From positions 149,202 through 213,201 of the forward strand of contig JAVBLL010000008.1 of the NCBI GenBank assembly GCA_031553555.1: 64,000 bases of DNA. The letters are read 5' to 3'. Numbering within the stretch: the stretch's first letter is position 1; every line of letters begins with the position of its first letter. Source of the stretch: Bacilli bacterium. GTDB lineage: Bacteria; Bacillota_I; Bacilli_A; ML615J-28; CAG-698. The translations under genes and the position numbers were made by a program. Shown piece after piece: positions 44,001-51,250 of the stretch. The notes below the pieces were generated by a model that saw only the letters and a list, made by a program, of their open reading frames with translations, made no database searches and was not told the origin of the DNA.

Positions 44001-46673
44001 ATTATTGTATAACAAAGCATAGTAATATCGATTACTAGGGGATAAAATAAATGTATCCGATGTTGAACGAACAATATATAATGTTGTCAAAGAAGTCATA
44101 TATTCAAGTGGAGAATAATCCTGAATTAGATTAGATGATAAATATAATGTTTTTATACCTGTCAAATATTTTATTGGTTCAAATGAATATATAATATTGG
44201 ATGTTAAATTCAAAGTTTCTAAATTATCCAAATTCGCTAATGGAGAAACATCGGCAATTTGATTAGTCGATAAATTTAAAGTTGTCAATTGATACATTGT
44301 ACTAAGCGGTGTTAAATCAACGATTGCATTAGTTGACAAATTTATATTGACACAACCAGTTAAAAATTCAATTCCTTTTATGTTTTTAATAGCTTGACTA
44401 TTGATATTTATAGCTGTTGTTTTTGTAACACCAAGTTCATGAACTGTTAGCCAACCATCTTTATCTGTATCAAAATTATTAATAATATATAAATATAATT
44501 TTTCATCAGGAATATCATCAATATCATTATGAATTAAGCCAGTAATCTTAAAATTAATTTCAAAACGTTCATCGTTAACATAACAAACAAAATATACTTC
44601 AGTAATTTTATTTGGTAAATTAGGTTTTTTGAAAACAACCATCATTTTTCCATCAATTTCTTGAATAGAAAAATAATCTTTATAAATTGCTGGAACGGCA
44701 TCATCAAGATATTTAATTTGATATTTATTGTCAATTGATGAAGCAATTTCAAAATCCTTATATACATCTTCTTTCGGAATATATTGGTTTAATGCGTTAA
44801 ATACATTAAGTTTTTCTACAGTTTGAGCATAGCCAATAACTATAATTTCATTTTTAACAACATAAGTTCCATGTTCATAAACAAAAGTAATGGTTACTGG
44901 CATACTAACACTTGCCTGATTAACCGGTTTATTTAACAAAACAATTTGATTATTAACCATACCAATAAACTTTATAGAACTATCAAATATATCTGTATTA
45001 TTAGTATAATCAATATTATAACTGACACTTAACAATTGTGTCTTTTCTAATAAACTTGTGTTATTAATGTTATTACCTAGAACATCATACTTATCCCCTT
45101 CTTTATCTAATATAATTGTATCGTAAATATTTGGATTGATTAATTCAGTGCAATAAATCGCATTTAAAATATTAACTTTAACAATCTTTTCAGCATATGA
45201 AGTCATACCATTTTGTTCAACCATAACACGTATAGTTACATTTTCATAACCATAATGATCAAATATCTCATAGCCATTACGAAGATAAACACCATTACCA
45301 TCAATTAAATTCAAATTATCAGTTAACCAAGTGTAATAGGCATTGTAAGCAGGGTCATATACCTTTAAAAATAAAGAACTATCAATCGTATCTGGAATAT
45401 TGTTAATGGCATTATCTGCTAAAGACTGAGCCCCAGTGCCAAGCACAACCACAAAGCGATTATTTATTGATTCAGATTTGTTATTAGTTGCACTACTATC
45501 AGTACAAACAATTGTAAAATCAATTTCTTTTAAATTTGTATAAGGAGTCTGATTGATTTTAAAGTTATAGACATTATCAACAGTAATATACTTTTTCATT
45601 TCGGTTGATAAATTATAAACTACTAACTCTTTAACAATATAATATTCAATATTTTTAGAAATATCTAATTTCGTTGATAAATTCTTCTTTTCTTCAATAC
45701 TAATCAATTCTTTAATATAATCAATCATAGCATCATAATCATAGTTAGTAATTTCAATCAAACTAGAATCCGCAAACAATTTATCAATTTCCATAAAACC
45801 ATTTTCTACGCTAATCTTTACTTTTCCTTTTTCGGCAGCCGTGTCGACTAATACATCGGCAGATGAAGTTTTTCCAGAAAATCTAGACAAGGAATCATAG
45901 AATTTGGCTTTTAATGGCGTACTAGTATCACCATAATCAAAAATTATATCATGACCGTTTAAATCAATTTTTTTATTATTAAAATCAAGAGAAATTTTTT
46001 GTTTAATTTCCAAATCAGCGTCTAAAGTAACATTTGATAATAATCTCAAAACGGGCGTAGTAAAAGTCACTGGCGTTTCATTTAAACTTTTGATTGTTGA
46101 TTTTAATGACGCTAAACTTGTTATATAGTAAATACCATATTGAGAAATCAAGTCTTCTTCTAATATCATTGTGGCTATGACATCAATTTGCAATGTAAAC
46201 TCTTGCCCTTGATAATACTCTCCAGCACCAGCTGAATATACGAACTTGAAATAATATATATCATATTCACTACCACTCAAGATATTATTATAATCATTTT
46301 CATAATCTGCAATATCACTTAACATGCAAACAAACTGGTATTCTCCATCTTGTTTTAAATGCAATTCAATTGCTCTTGGCAATTCATCATTTTCAGAAAT
46401 ATTAAAAACCATTTCATAAAGATACGCAGTAATACCCACATTTGCTACCTTTACTTGAAATTCATAATAATCTCCCGGTTTCTCTAAACGAACATTTTTT
46501 GAATTAATGTGATTTACATCTACATTATCATTAACGCTTAAGACAATAGTTTCAACTTTTATTACTTGCTCATTACCTTCTTTTACATAAAGAAAATAGG
46601 CATATGTCAATGTAGAAAAAATTAAAATCATCATAAATGAAATAAATAAAAAGAATAAACTTCTATTTTTCAT
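38019..46673 (-). CDS. Giant (2884 aa) secreted protein: TasA-type signal peptide, TasA-like N-domain, multiple LRR arrays and beta-rich repeats
   Basis: N-terminus MKNRSLFFLFISFMMILIFSTLTYAYFLYVKEGNEQ. VRLEKPGDYYEFQVKVANVGITAYLYEMVFNIS matches the TasA LSNLKPGDKLTKDFQFENNGSLAIKEVLMALN pattern. At least three LRR arrays (e.g. LTPLSTMYQLTTLNLSTNQIADVSPLANLDNLETLNLTSNIIYSFEPIKYLTGIKTLYLSSNLIQDYSPL; ADITPLEKMPQITTLTIYNNSISDISSIKKLINLVTVNLSQNAI). No LPXTG or other cell-wall anchor. Confidence 0.55.
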   Translation of the reverse strand: MKNRSLFFLFISFMMILIFSTLTYAYFLYVKEGNEQVIKVETIVLSVNDNVDVNHINSKNVRLEKPGDYYEFQVKVANVGITAYLYEMVFNISENDELPRAIELHLKQDGEYQFVCMLSDIADYENDYNNILSGSEYDIYYFKFVYSAGAGEYYQGQEFTLQIDVIATMILEEDLISQYGIYYITSLASLKSTIKSLNETPVTFTTPVLRLLSNVTLDADLEIKQKISLDFNNKKIDLNGHDIIFDYGDTSTPLKAKFYDSLSRFSGKTSSADVLVDTAAEKGKVKISVENGFMEIDKLFADSSLIEITNYDYDAMIDYIKELISIEEKKNLSTKLDISKNIEYYIVKELVVYNLSTEMKKYITVDNVYNFKINQTPYTNLKEIDFTIVCTDSSATNNKSESINNRFVVVLGTGAQSLADNAINNIPDTIDSSLFLKVYDPAYNAYYTWLTDNLNLIDGNGVYLRNGYEIFDHYGYENVTIRVMVEQNGMTSYAEKIVKVNILNAIYCTELINPNIYDTIILDKEGDKYDVLGNNINNTSLLEKTQLLSVSYNIDYTNNTDIFDSSIKFIGMVNNQIVLLNKPVNQASVSMPVTITFVYEHGTYVVKNEIIVIGYAQTVEKLNVFNALNQYIPKEDVYKDFEIASSIDNKYQIKYLDDAVPAIYKDYFSIQEIDGKMMVVFKKPNLPNKITEVYFVCYVNDERFEINFKITGLIHNDIDDIPDEKLYLYIINNFDTDKDGWLTVHELGVTKTTAININSQAIKNIKGIEFLTGCVNINLSTNAIVDLTPLSTMYQLTTLNLSTNQIADVSPLANLDNLETLNLTSNIIYSFEPIKYLTGIKTLYLSSNLIQDYSPLEYMTSLTTLYIVRSTSDTFILSPSNRYYYALLYNNNDSISIYIQSTSTKYIPSSDELIAAKILSGIKEISSIYDVMNLITEYKYKDATETTTYGIAWTSSDELILKIINREYHIYNQIGETDIFLYATVTGFASGTSTINRLIKVSVKALEDPAYFIETPDGEFISLEKAIPDTILRNILFNTFNTDNDGDFIINGTTIPGKYVLSQDDLNPTNLISLDLNSRGIMDLTGLNYFVNCIQNLDVRNNNLDNPNNAFNEINALVYLKNLYVNNARFDYSILASLENLETFYVYGSFGLMDEKVLTGLFMVYTNNEGIKIYKDSNTVIWNPWLIPLQRTLLNLPSIICLSKLNQKYVIAANNQLRVEAYDTYILVPIVCAYSSLYNTIDVSSFLNVGGTDASITLTKCFPYTTSFYISMANTNAKSYDLTFTYYIEVRLEYNDELMYKADDGSFIPLNEAFPNRSLRYQIIDNCTIQTDDDTGYLFVDSNSLQYITSVSVEGGTDVMGEDGMHLSPIKGLELLTNLTTVTLLRMTNLAYDDVELYMAYTGSKITSLTIKYTTMSTACLDSLNNQLKIMIFDACKYISVENSISSFSKLEKLQVTTCNIYIMSFLSAFNEKFNGLEEGEKPNINLNTLYLYGNTVALTYQSNIDRFISLYNNIRKTFPDRELDFRFYDANTKQTDEIDDDDEELLVIRQESWLTLKNAITGIEPFIKKNGSNNYIAYDSLVYQKADGSITQQHMLKAGDKVYLPKYVYAMRTATSSDADSSYVNDKNVKYEIQYFYESSAANAGNRTTQQSIFVEDDTYVALFDLSNMGVVEINDEEYYVVDITATPLIDIAISIVAVIGYNLELDYALSSTNVLKFRYMFIHGGSLAYTENETNNTYFQKVPTLTAMNKYIIKTVSIDNTVTFGNAVVTGNYTVNANLYAYDYYTIANIKEKTLMYNVLANVTYNSVGNIFGSYSYTDVEASKASTGIGSIASISLNTKGLTDISGIQMFTSATSVSLYSNFIADITPLEKMPQITTLTIYNNSISDISSIKKLINLVTVNLSQNAIDTIIDTSQSDLTTVFKNCLNTLTSLNLSYNYGIDIDSLIALKNDCNDNSIVLLNTLNLGFTNISASITGIYIMRDLVDILVTEKGMSSTSLNFALSTNGGTATAGENLLTKLDYIINTFEDIYQIQYVSNKYRYTYEYYTLVNGIKTLNSGYGYAALVEGYPVYDLEKLTPKTEYIVNVRGTNGNETNYFTLYSDSNTLLNITYYDYLMFPAGTVYGTTSYFSTVTGIIKTNASINFYNGFDVALYITLNFSKTNAASTTDEYFIQYQADGSPTVQVISLSNRTAFPDEAFSNYLLGRLLANTPNPANNTFTIANCDGITSITAGTVFGVTAQHNNGWTNLKGIEYFKKITSVTLQSQRITEIPIPYLNASNQSVITTLSLTGCQQLKSLVNIKYYANLTTLNLTNTNSIDLAKDKDSSNKSSMEYIAGLTKLVNFQYNNYIYYPKLDNNYIPQMLSLTKGLFNISTSNGAKSINTYTTNLSYRRYTSASTLYYVNTYFDNYQEHLDSLVYRYMIYDSANATTTASAAQFLAALRYTLGMTTADTISYNKKFAQNNDYYLPSVITLGNYEFYLSYTTAQAGVTLTADATNQRYILNIGTLDAVSFIISPKITAVKCNNEVVYSNATGKDLGNTTCYTLNEEDTSYIFDQYYIETSTDTYEKAEDVFEDMNLIAILMNTATCNSNITGTTDIEDVGEVSNKYILSQVEILAYTVFSYTGETSGTHSGYTITSIKGLEIFKNMTSLTLINTQAVDLTPIKNMKLVTFSMYISSTINIGHIGVIDLRPLEGSKDSLTTFTCFGLMPDITLLTHFSKITSITLNTAQTNNILDTQNYAYLYYWFKLYRPTVTITVPTISVTGSVVAAEILSKIELPDSNTGIASFDTDNFIITINKDSIVNGVYKVNLNSSINHSGQEYAIKYNIVETSSYIKIEDNVMEIIPFTDETPFAKIAVRVNFINSENAEVSMERTIFIEIK

Positions 46674-46691
46674 TATAACCTACCTCCTTTT

Positions 46692-47393
46692 TTAATTTGC
46701 AAATATTTTAATAGATTTTATAGTCAAAGATTGAAATTGATAACGATTATCTCCATCATCAAAATCTAAATTTTCTTTTGAAACAAACATAATGCTGAAA
46801 ACTAATTCATGTGTACTGCCAGATGGCAAAACCAAATCACTTAAAAACGCTTCATTAAGTTCATAGTATTCTTCAACTTCACTTTCAACATCATCAATTT
46901 TACTACTGATCACATGAATCTCCATTGTTTCTTCAATTGGATACTCAGGAACATAATTACCATCATCATCTATGTAATAATATCCTGGAATGTATTGGAT
47001 GCCATCAAACCTATTTACGTACAAATAATCATCTTCTATTCCGTCATATACCATATTAGAGTAATATTCAGTCAAACTCATTTTCAATTTATATGCCATA
47101 TCGCTTTTTGAGGTAGTGATTAATTTAAATAAATATTCTTGCTCTGGAACAATATATTGTAGTTTAATATCTTTTGTAACTGCTGACCAGTCATTTATAT
47201 CATTATCCCATGAATATAGTGCGCACTGTATACTTTTCTTTTCTAAATCTTCCGTATCAATAGGAATACCATTTATTTTTGCTTTTTCATATATCGTTAT
47301 CCAAGCAAATGTCAACATTAAAAACATCAATAACGCAAAAACAACTGAAAATATTGATAAAATAAATTTTTGATTAATTTTCTTTTTAGTCAT
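46692..47393 (-). CDS. Membrane-anchored/secreted protein with SipW-cognate-like N-terminus (first gene of operon 1), function unknown
   Basis: Start MTKKKINQKFILSIFSVVFALLMFLMLTFAWITIY (the 5' extension in the ORF track overlaps the leader RNA). GGAGGG RBS. Acidic, Tyr-rich soluble part. Confidence 0.4.
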   Translation of the reverse strand: MTKKKINQKFILSIFSVVFALLMFLMLTFAWITIYEKAKINGIPIDTEDLEKKSIQCALYSWDNDINDWSAVTKDIKLQYIVPEQEYLFKLITTSKSDMAYKLKMSLTEYYSNMVYDGIEDDYLYVNRFDGIQYIPGYYYIDDDGNYVPEYPIEETMEIHVISSKIDDVESEVEEYYELNEAFLSDLVLPSGSTHELVFSIMFVSKENLDFDDGDNRYQFQSLTIKSIKIFAN

Positions 47394-47404
47394 ATTCCCT
47401 CCAT

Positions 47405-47498
47405 AAAAAAAATGCCAGTACACATAATTCCTATGCAACTGGCTATCTATTTCAGACCCTTTAGTTTTGCGTCATCGCCTTTCGACGATTTTGCCTCT
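47405..47498 (-). ncRNA. c-di-GMP-I (GEMM)-like riboswitch element, copy 1, with intrinsic terminator abutting the RBS
   Basis: Minus-strand RNA: AGAGGCAAAAUCGUCGAAAGGCGAUGACGCAAAACUAAAGGGUCUGAAAUAGAUAGCCAGUUGCAUAGGAAUUAUGUGUACUGGCAUUUUUUUU. GGCAAA–hairpin with GAAA tetraloop–GACGCAAA(G/A)C core as in the Vc2 GEMM aptamer (GGCAAACCAUUCGAAAGAGUGGGACGCAAAGCC), and a UAG(A/G)UAGC 3' segment. The terminator hairpin GCCAGU…ACUGGC plus U8 lies directly before the GGAGGG RBS. Confidence 0.5.
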
Positions 47499-47522
47499 AT
47501 TTTAATATTCACTTTTATTAAT

Positions 47523-47613
47523 AAAAAAAGCCAGCACACATAATTATATGCAACTGGCTATCTATTTCAGACCCTTTAGTTTTGCGTCATCGCCTTTCGA
47601 CGATTTTGCCTTT
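47523..47613 (-). ncRNA. c-di-GMP-I (GEMM)-like riboswitch element, copy 2 (tandem, upstream of copy 1)
   Basis: Identical to copy 1 over the ~60 nt of the aptamer core; ~95% identical over the whole element. Differences are confined to the terminator loop and closing pair (A→G giving G·U). Confidence 0.5.
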
Positions 47614-47639
47614 ATTCTAATATTCATTTTATTACTATT

Positions 47640-47668
47640 ATTATATCACCTTTTACAAAAAATGTCAA
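47640..47668 (-). promoter_or_regulatory. Sigma-A promoter of operon 1 (TTGACA-17-TATAAT)
   Basis: Minus-strand read CTTGACATTTTTTGTAAAAGGTGATATAATAATAG, ~25 nt upstream of riboswitch copy 2. Homologous to the operon-2 promoter. Confidence 0.4.
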
Positions 47669-47771
47669 GTTTTTATAAAAATTTTCTCATTTTAGTTTTG
47701 GTAATTTTTAGATATTAACATATTTATATAATATTTCATCAAAATATTAATTTTAATACTACAATATTATA

Positions 47772-48590
47772 TCAAATATTAGGATTAAATAGTACATTAA
47801 TTTTTTTAATCTCCATCATTTGATATTTAAAATGATTGCTATCAAAAGTTTTATTACCATCACCGTCATAACCACTAACTATAGGATCAAAAAATACATC
47901 AAAAAAAACAATTAAATGTGATTGCTGTGTACTTACTTCATCAATCTTTATTCCTGATATTAAGTTATAACTATTTTTTATATTTGGACTAATATTCTCA
48001 TCAGCAAAAGGAGTATCAACAGCAAAATCAATTAAATACTCTGTTTTATTTAAGCCATTAACGTCTATAATATCAATCTCATTATCACCATTTATATAAA
48101 TAGCTCTAGTCAACATATATTTAAACGCATATCTAATATCATTTCGTGAATCCCCAATTTCTCTATCAATAACATTGTTAATATTTGTTAAATTAATAAC
48201 TATTGATCCTTTACTTTTTTCAAAATTTTCAATACCAATAGCAAATGAAAATCTATCTCCTGGAGCGGCTTGAACTTGAGAGGTTCCAAAATCAAATAAA
48301 TTTGTAACAGCAGGATTCGTTATTAATTCATATACTTGATCATTTTTATTTATATCCGCTTCATCATAAATATTATTTATTAAAGATATTTCGGAATCAA
48401 TGGCGCCAATTCTGGCGCTATCATGATAAACATATAAATCAAGTTTTAAATTAAACCCATTAACCTCATTAATGATAGAAATCTCAGCAGTATCAAGCAA
48501 AGTAAACCAAGCATAAACAACAAAAACAACAGCAAATGAAGCTAATACAAGAGAAATAATTGAACCAATAAATTTTTTTCTAATATTCAT
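47772..48590 (-). CDS. TasA/camelysin-like secreted protein with SipW-cognate-type signal peptide (last gene of operon 2)
   Basis: 272 aa. MNIRKKFIGSIISLVLASFAVVFVVYAWFTLLDTAE… FNLKLDL… AAPGDRFSFAIGIENFEKSKGSIVINLTNI parallels TasA AAFND…GTLDL…LKPGDKLTKDFQFENNGSLAIKEVLMALN. Confidence 0.5.
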   Translation of the reverse strand: MNIRKKFIGSIISLVLASFAVVFVVYAWFTLLDTAEISIINEVNGFNLKLDLYVYHDSARIGAIDSEISLINNIYDEADINKNDQVYELITNPAVTNLFDFGTSQVQAAPGDRFSFAIGIENFEKSKGSIVINLTNINNVIDREIGDSRNDIRYAFKYMLTRAIYINGDNEIDIIDVNGLNKTEYLIDFAVDTPFADENISPNIKNSYNLISGIKIDEVSTQQSHLIVFFDVFFDPIVSGYDGDGNKTFDSNHFKYQMMEIKKINVLFNPNI

Positions 48591-48598
48591 TATATCAC

Positions 48599-51250
48599 CT
48601 AATCCAAAATAAGTAGTCTTGTTATATAAACACTTGAGTCGCTCTTATTATAAATTCTTAATATTACTGCATGCGGTCTTCCAGTTGTACTTACAGCGGT
48701 CATTTCTGTTATAGTATATCCATATGTAGTACTAAAAGGAGTTGCATTCAAAAATGGTGTCAAAGTATTTGTAGCATTTGCATAACTATTATTTCTACGA
48801 TAGATTATTCCACTTAAAGTTTGTTGCAAAACTAATTGAGCTGCAGTATAACTAAAAGTTGTAGTGTTCGTAATATATATTAAAACACCTTTTTTAGCAA
48901 GAAAAATGAATGAATATTTATTATATAAACCATTCGTCCCATAATTAGTATCACTAGTATAATTATTATAAACTTTTATCTCCGTCAAATTTGAAAATTC
49001 TTCTAAAGAATAGAATAATTCTATATTGTTATTAGAAATATCCAATTTCTTGATTTTTGATAAACTACTAAGATATGATAAATGTAGTGTTGTTAAGCTA
49101 TTACCAGATAAGTTAAGACCTTCCAAGGAAACAAGACTATTGATAATAGCAAAATTCCTTGTAATATATGTAGCATTGGTGAAATTTTGATCAGATAAAT
49201 CTAAATATTTAGTATTATCTAAATATTGTAAACCCTCAAAATTCGCAATTCCTGTATATCCACTTAAAGAAAATATTTCTCTATTAACTGCTAATTGATT
49301 TCTAAGTAAGATTCCATCTGTTATATCGCCATATGCTTTTAATAGTGCATTATATAAATTATTATCAATAACATCTACACCATTATGGATAAAGCCTTGA
49401 ACAAGAACTCTAGAATATGGAAAATCAGATACTTCTTCATAATCATCTCTTGTATTTAATTTGAAAGAAAAGATTATTTCAATATATAAATCAGTAAGCG
49501 GCACTTTATCCCAATCAAAGGTAAAGTCAAAATGTCCATCTTCACTATTATAAGTAATAGTTAAGAAATTCAAGGCACCAGTATATTTATTATTTTGATC
49601 TATCCAAGCTACCAAACGATAACGAAATTTACAATTTAAATATTCACTAGGCATTTCAAAATCATGATGAGTATCTAAACCAGTTTTTTCTATAAGTAAA
49701 GAATTCAAATAACGATAATAGTCAATATATAAATCATTTGGACCAATATCATCAGTAGGAGCCCCGATATCACCAAATGGGTCATAGGCAATACCAACTC
49801 TTCTCACCACTGTAAGTGGTATTCCATCACTAAACTTAAATTCCATAGACAAAAATATTTGATTAATAACAGATGGGGGATTACTCTTATCTACTGTTAA
49901 GATAGTATATGTCTTTCCATCTAATGCCACTTCTTTAATAATATATGATCCATATGAATCGCCAATAATTGAATAGGAAATTTTGTCTAATTGATAACCT
50001 GTAAAATCTGATGCTGATGGCAAAATAAAGATGTTTTCTAAACTAATGTCACCACTTGTTCCTGTCATTGTTTTAATATTATTAAAATAAATATTTTGGT
50101 CGCCATCCTTTACAACATACAAATATCCATCTTCTATGAAGGTTGCTATTAATTCATCTGCTCTTTCAAAGTTTGAAGTAGCAAGGATTTTTTTAAATGT
50201 CACTGTGAGAGAAATACTTCCACTTGCATTAATGATTTTTACTAGAACTATTTTTTCTAATGATAATGTATTATAATCTAAAATATAGTTCTCCACATCA
50301 GATGATGAGTATGTATAAGTTAAATTACCATAACTATAATTTTTAATTAACTGAATGTCCGATTTTATTTCATAATATTGTAATGTCTTATTCCAAAATT
50401 CAGAAATAGTTTCATAGAATATATTCTTACCAATTGTCAGCCAATAACTATGATCTTTATTCAAAATATTAAACGCATATTCTTCAGAATAGACATTATT
50501 ATTTTGGAAAGTAAGTTCTAATGTTAAAACCACTTCCTCAATACCGTTACTAGCAACTATCCCACTAACATTAACAGCACCATATGAACTCAAAACATTT
50601 TCCTTATTGGATGTATATTTAAATTCAACTGGGTAATTGTAATAATTAAAAACCAAAGGAATATCATCGTGATAATAATTCTTTGATAAATCAGCATAAA
50701 CTACTTCTTCAATATATTTAAATATCTTAGTCGATAATAAATCCGAATCAAATGACTGATATGTAACAATAATATTTGTTTTAATTAACTCATTATCAAT
50801 TTGAATAAACGCATTAGGCGTATTAATCATAATATTACTACTATTTGCTGCAGAATTTTTGATGGAGCCATTAGTAATCCATAAAATTGTTTGATAATAA
50901 TTTTCAAATGTTATACTATGACCATTTAAATCCAAACTATAACTATTTAAATTAATATTAATATCACTAGTAATAATTAAGTCTTTTGTTAATTGGATAT
51001 TATTATTTAATTTCACTACTTTTCTATCTTTTAGCTGGCTAATTAGTTTTGAGTCATTCCACTTGCTTGCACTAGCTACTAATCTTAAATCTTTTTCATT
51101 ATTAATAGCAATAATTGTCTGGTCACCTGATGCACTTAATTCCATATTATAAAAATCTGTTATTGTTGAAAAATATGCATAAGTCATAATGCATGCAAAA
51201 GTAATCGTAATAATGATAGTACATATTAATAAAATGCTTTTTTTCATCAT
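48599..51250 (-). CDS. Large (883 aa) secreted protein with TasA-type signal peptide and C-terminal LRR array
   Basis: MMKKSILLICTIIITITFACIMTYAYFSTITDF. Beta-helix-like LDLNGHSITF segment. LRR block LQYLDNTKYLDLSDQNF… LEGLNLSGNSLTTLHLSYLSSLSKIKKLDISNNNIELFYSLEEFSNLTEIKVYNN. Start overlaps the upstream stop (ATGA coupling). Confidence 0.5.
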   Translation of the reverse strand: MMKKSILLICTIIITITFACIMTYAYFSTITDFYNMELSASGDQTIIAINNEKDLRLVASASKWNDSKLISQLKDRKVVKLNNNIQLTKDLIITSDININLNSYSLDLNGHSITFENYYQTILWITNGSIKNSAANSSNIMINTPNAFIQIDNELIKTNIIVTYQSFDSDLLSTKIFKYIEEVVYADLSKNYYHDDIPLVFNYYNYPVEFKYTSNKENVLSSYGAVNVSGIVASNGIEEVVLTLELTFQNNNVYSEEYAFNILNKDHSYWLTIGKNIFYETISEFWNKTLQYYEIKSDIQLIKNYSYGNLTYTYSSSDVENYILDYNTLSLEKIVLVKIINASGSISLTVTFKKILATSNFERADELIATFIEDGYLYVVKDGDQNIYFNNIKTMTGTSGDISLENIFILPSASDFTGYQLDKISYSIIGDSYGSYIIKEVALDGKTYTILTVDKSNPPSVINQIFLSMEFKFSDGIPLTVVRRVGIAYDPFGDIGAPTDDIGPNDLYIDYYRYLNSLLIEKTGLDTHHDFEMPSEYLNCKFRYRLVAWIDQNNKYTGALNFLTITYNSEDGHFDFTFDWDKVPLTDLYIEIIFSFKLNTRDDYEEVSDFPYSRVLVQGFIHNGVDVIDNNLYNALLKAYGDITDGILLRNQLAVNREIFSLSGYTGIANFEGLQYLDNTKYLDLSDQNFTNATYITRNFAIINSLVSLEGLNLSGNSLTTLHLSYLSSLSKIKKLDISNNNIELFYSLEEFSNLTEIKVYNNYTSDTNYGTNGLYNKYSFIFLAKKGVLIYITNTTTFSYTAAQLVLQQTLSGIIYRRNNSYANATNTLTPFLNATPFSTTYGYTITEMTAVSTTGRPHAVILRIYNKSDSSVYITRLLILD

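Noticed and set aside
34753-46673. Sortase (LPXTG) or other covalent cell-wall anchoring of the giant LRR proteins
   Set aside because: C-termini (…RQIMIEKGS, …ERTIFIEIK) lack LPXTG-type motifs, hydrophobic tails or basic stops. No sortase gene is present in the island.
47405-47613. Interpretation of the thrice-repeated ~95-nt element as a MITE/IS fragment or REP-like repeat
   Set aside because: All copies share the same orientation and lie exactly between a promoter and an RBS. They have no terminal inverted repeats or target-site duplications. Their differences preserve helices (GNRA swap, compensatory stem changes). This is more consistent with a cis-regulatory RNA.
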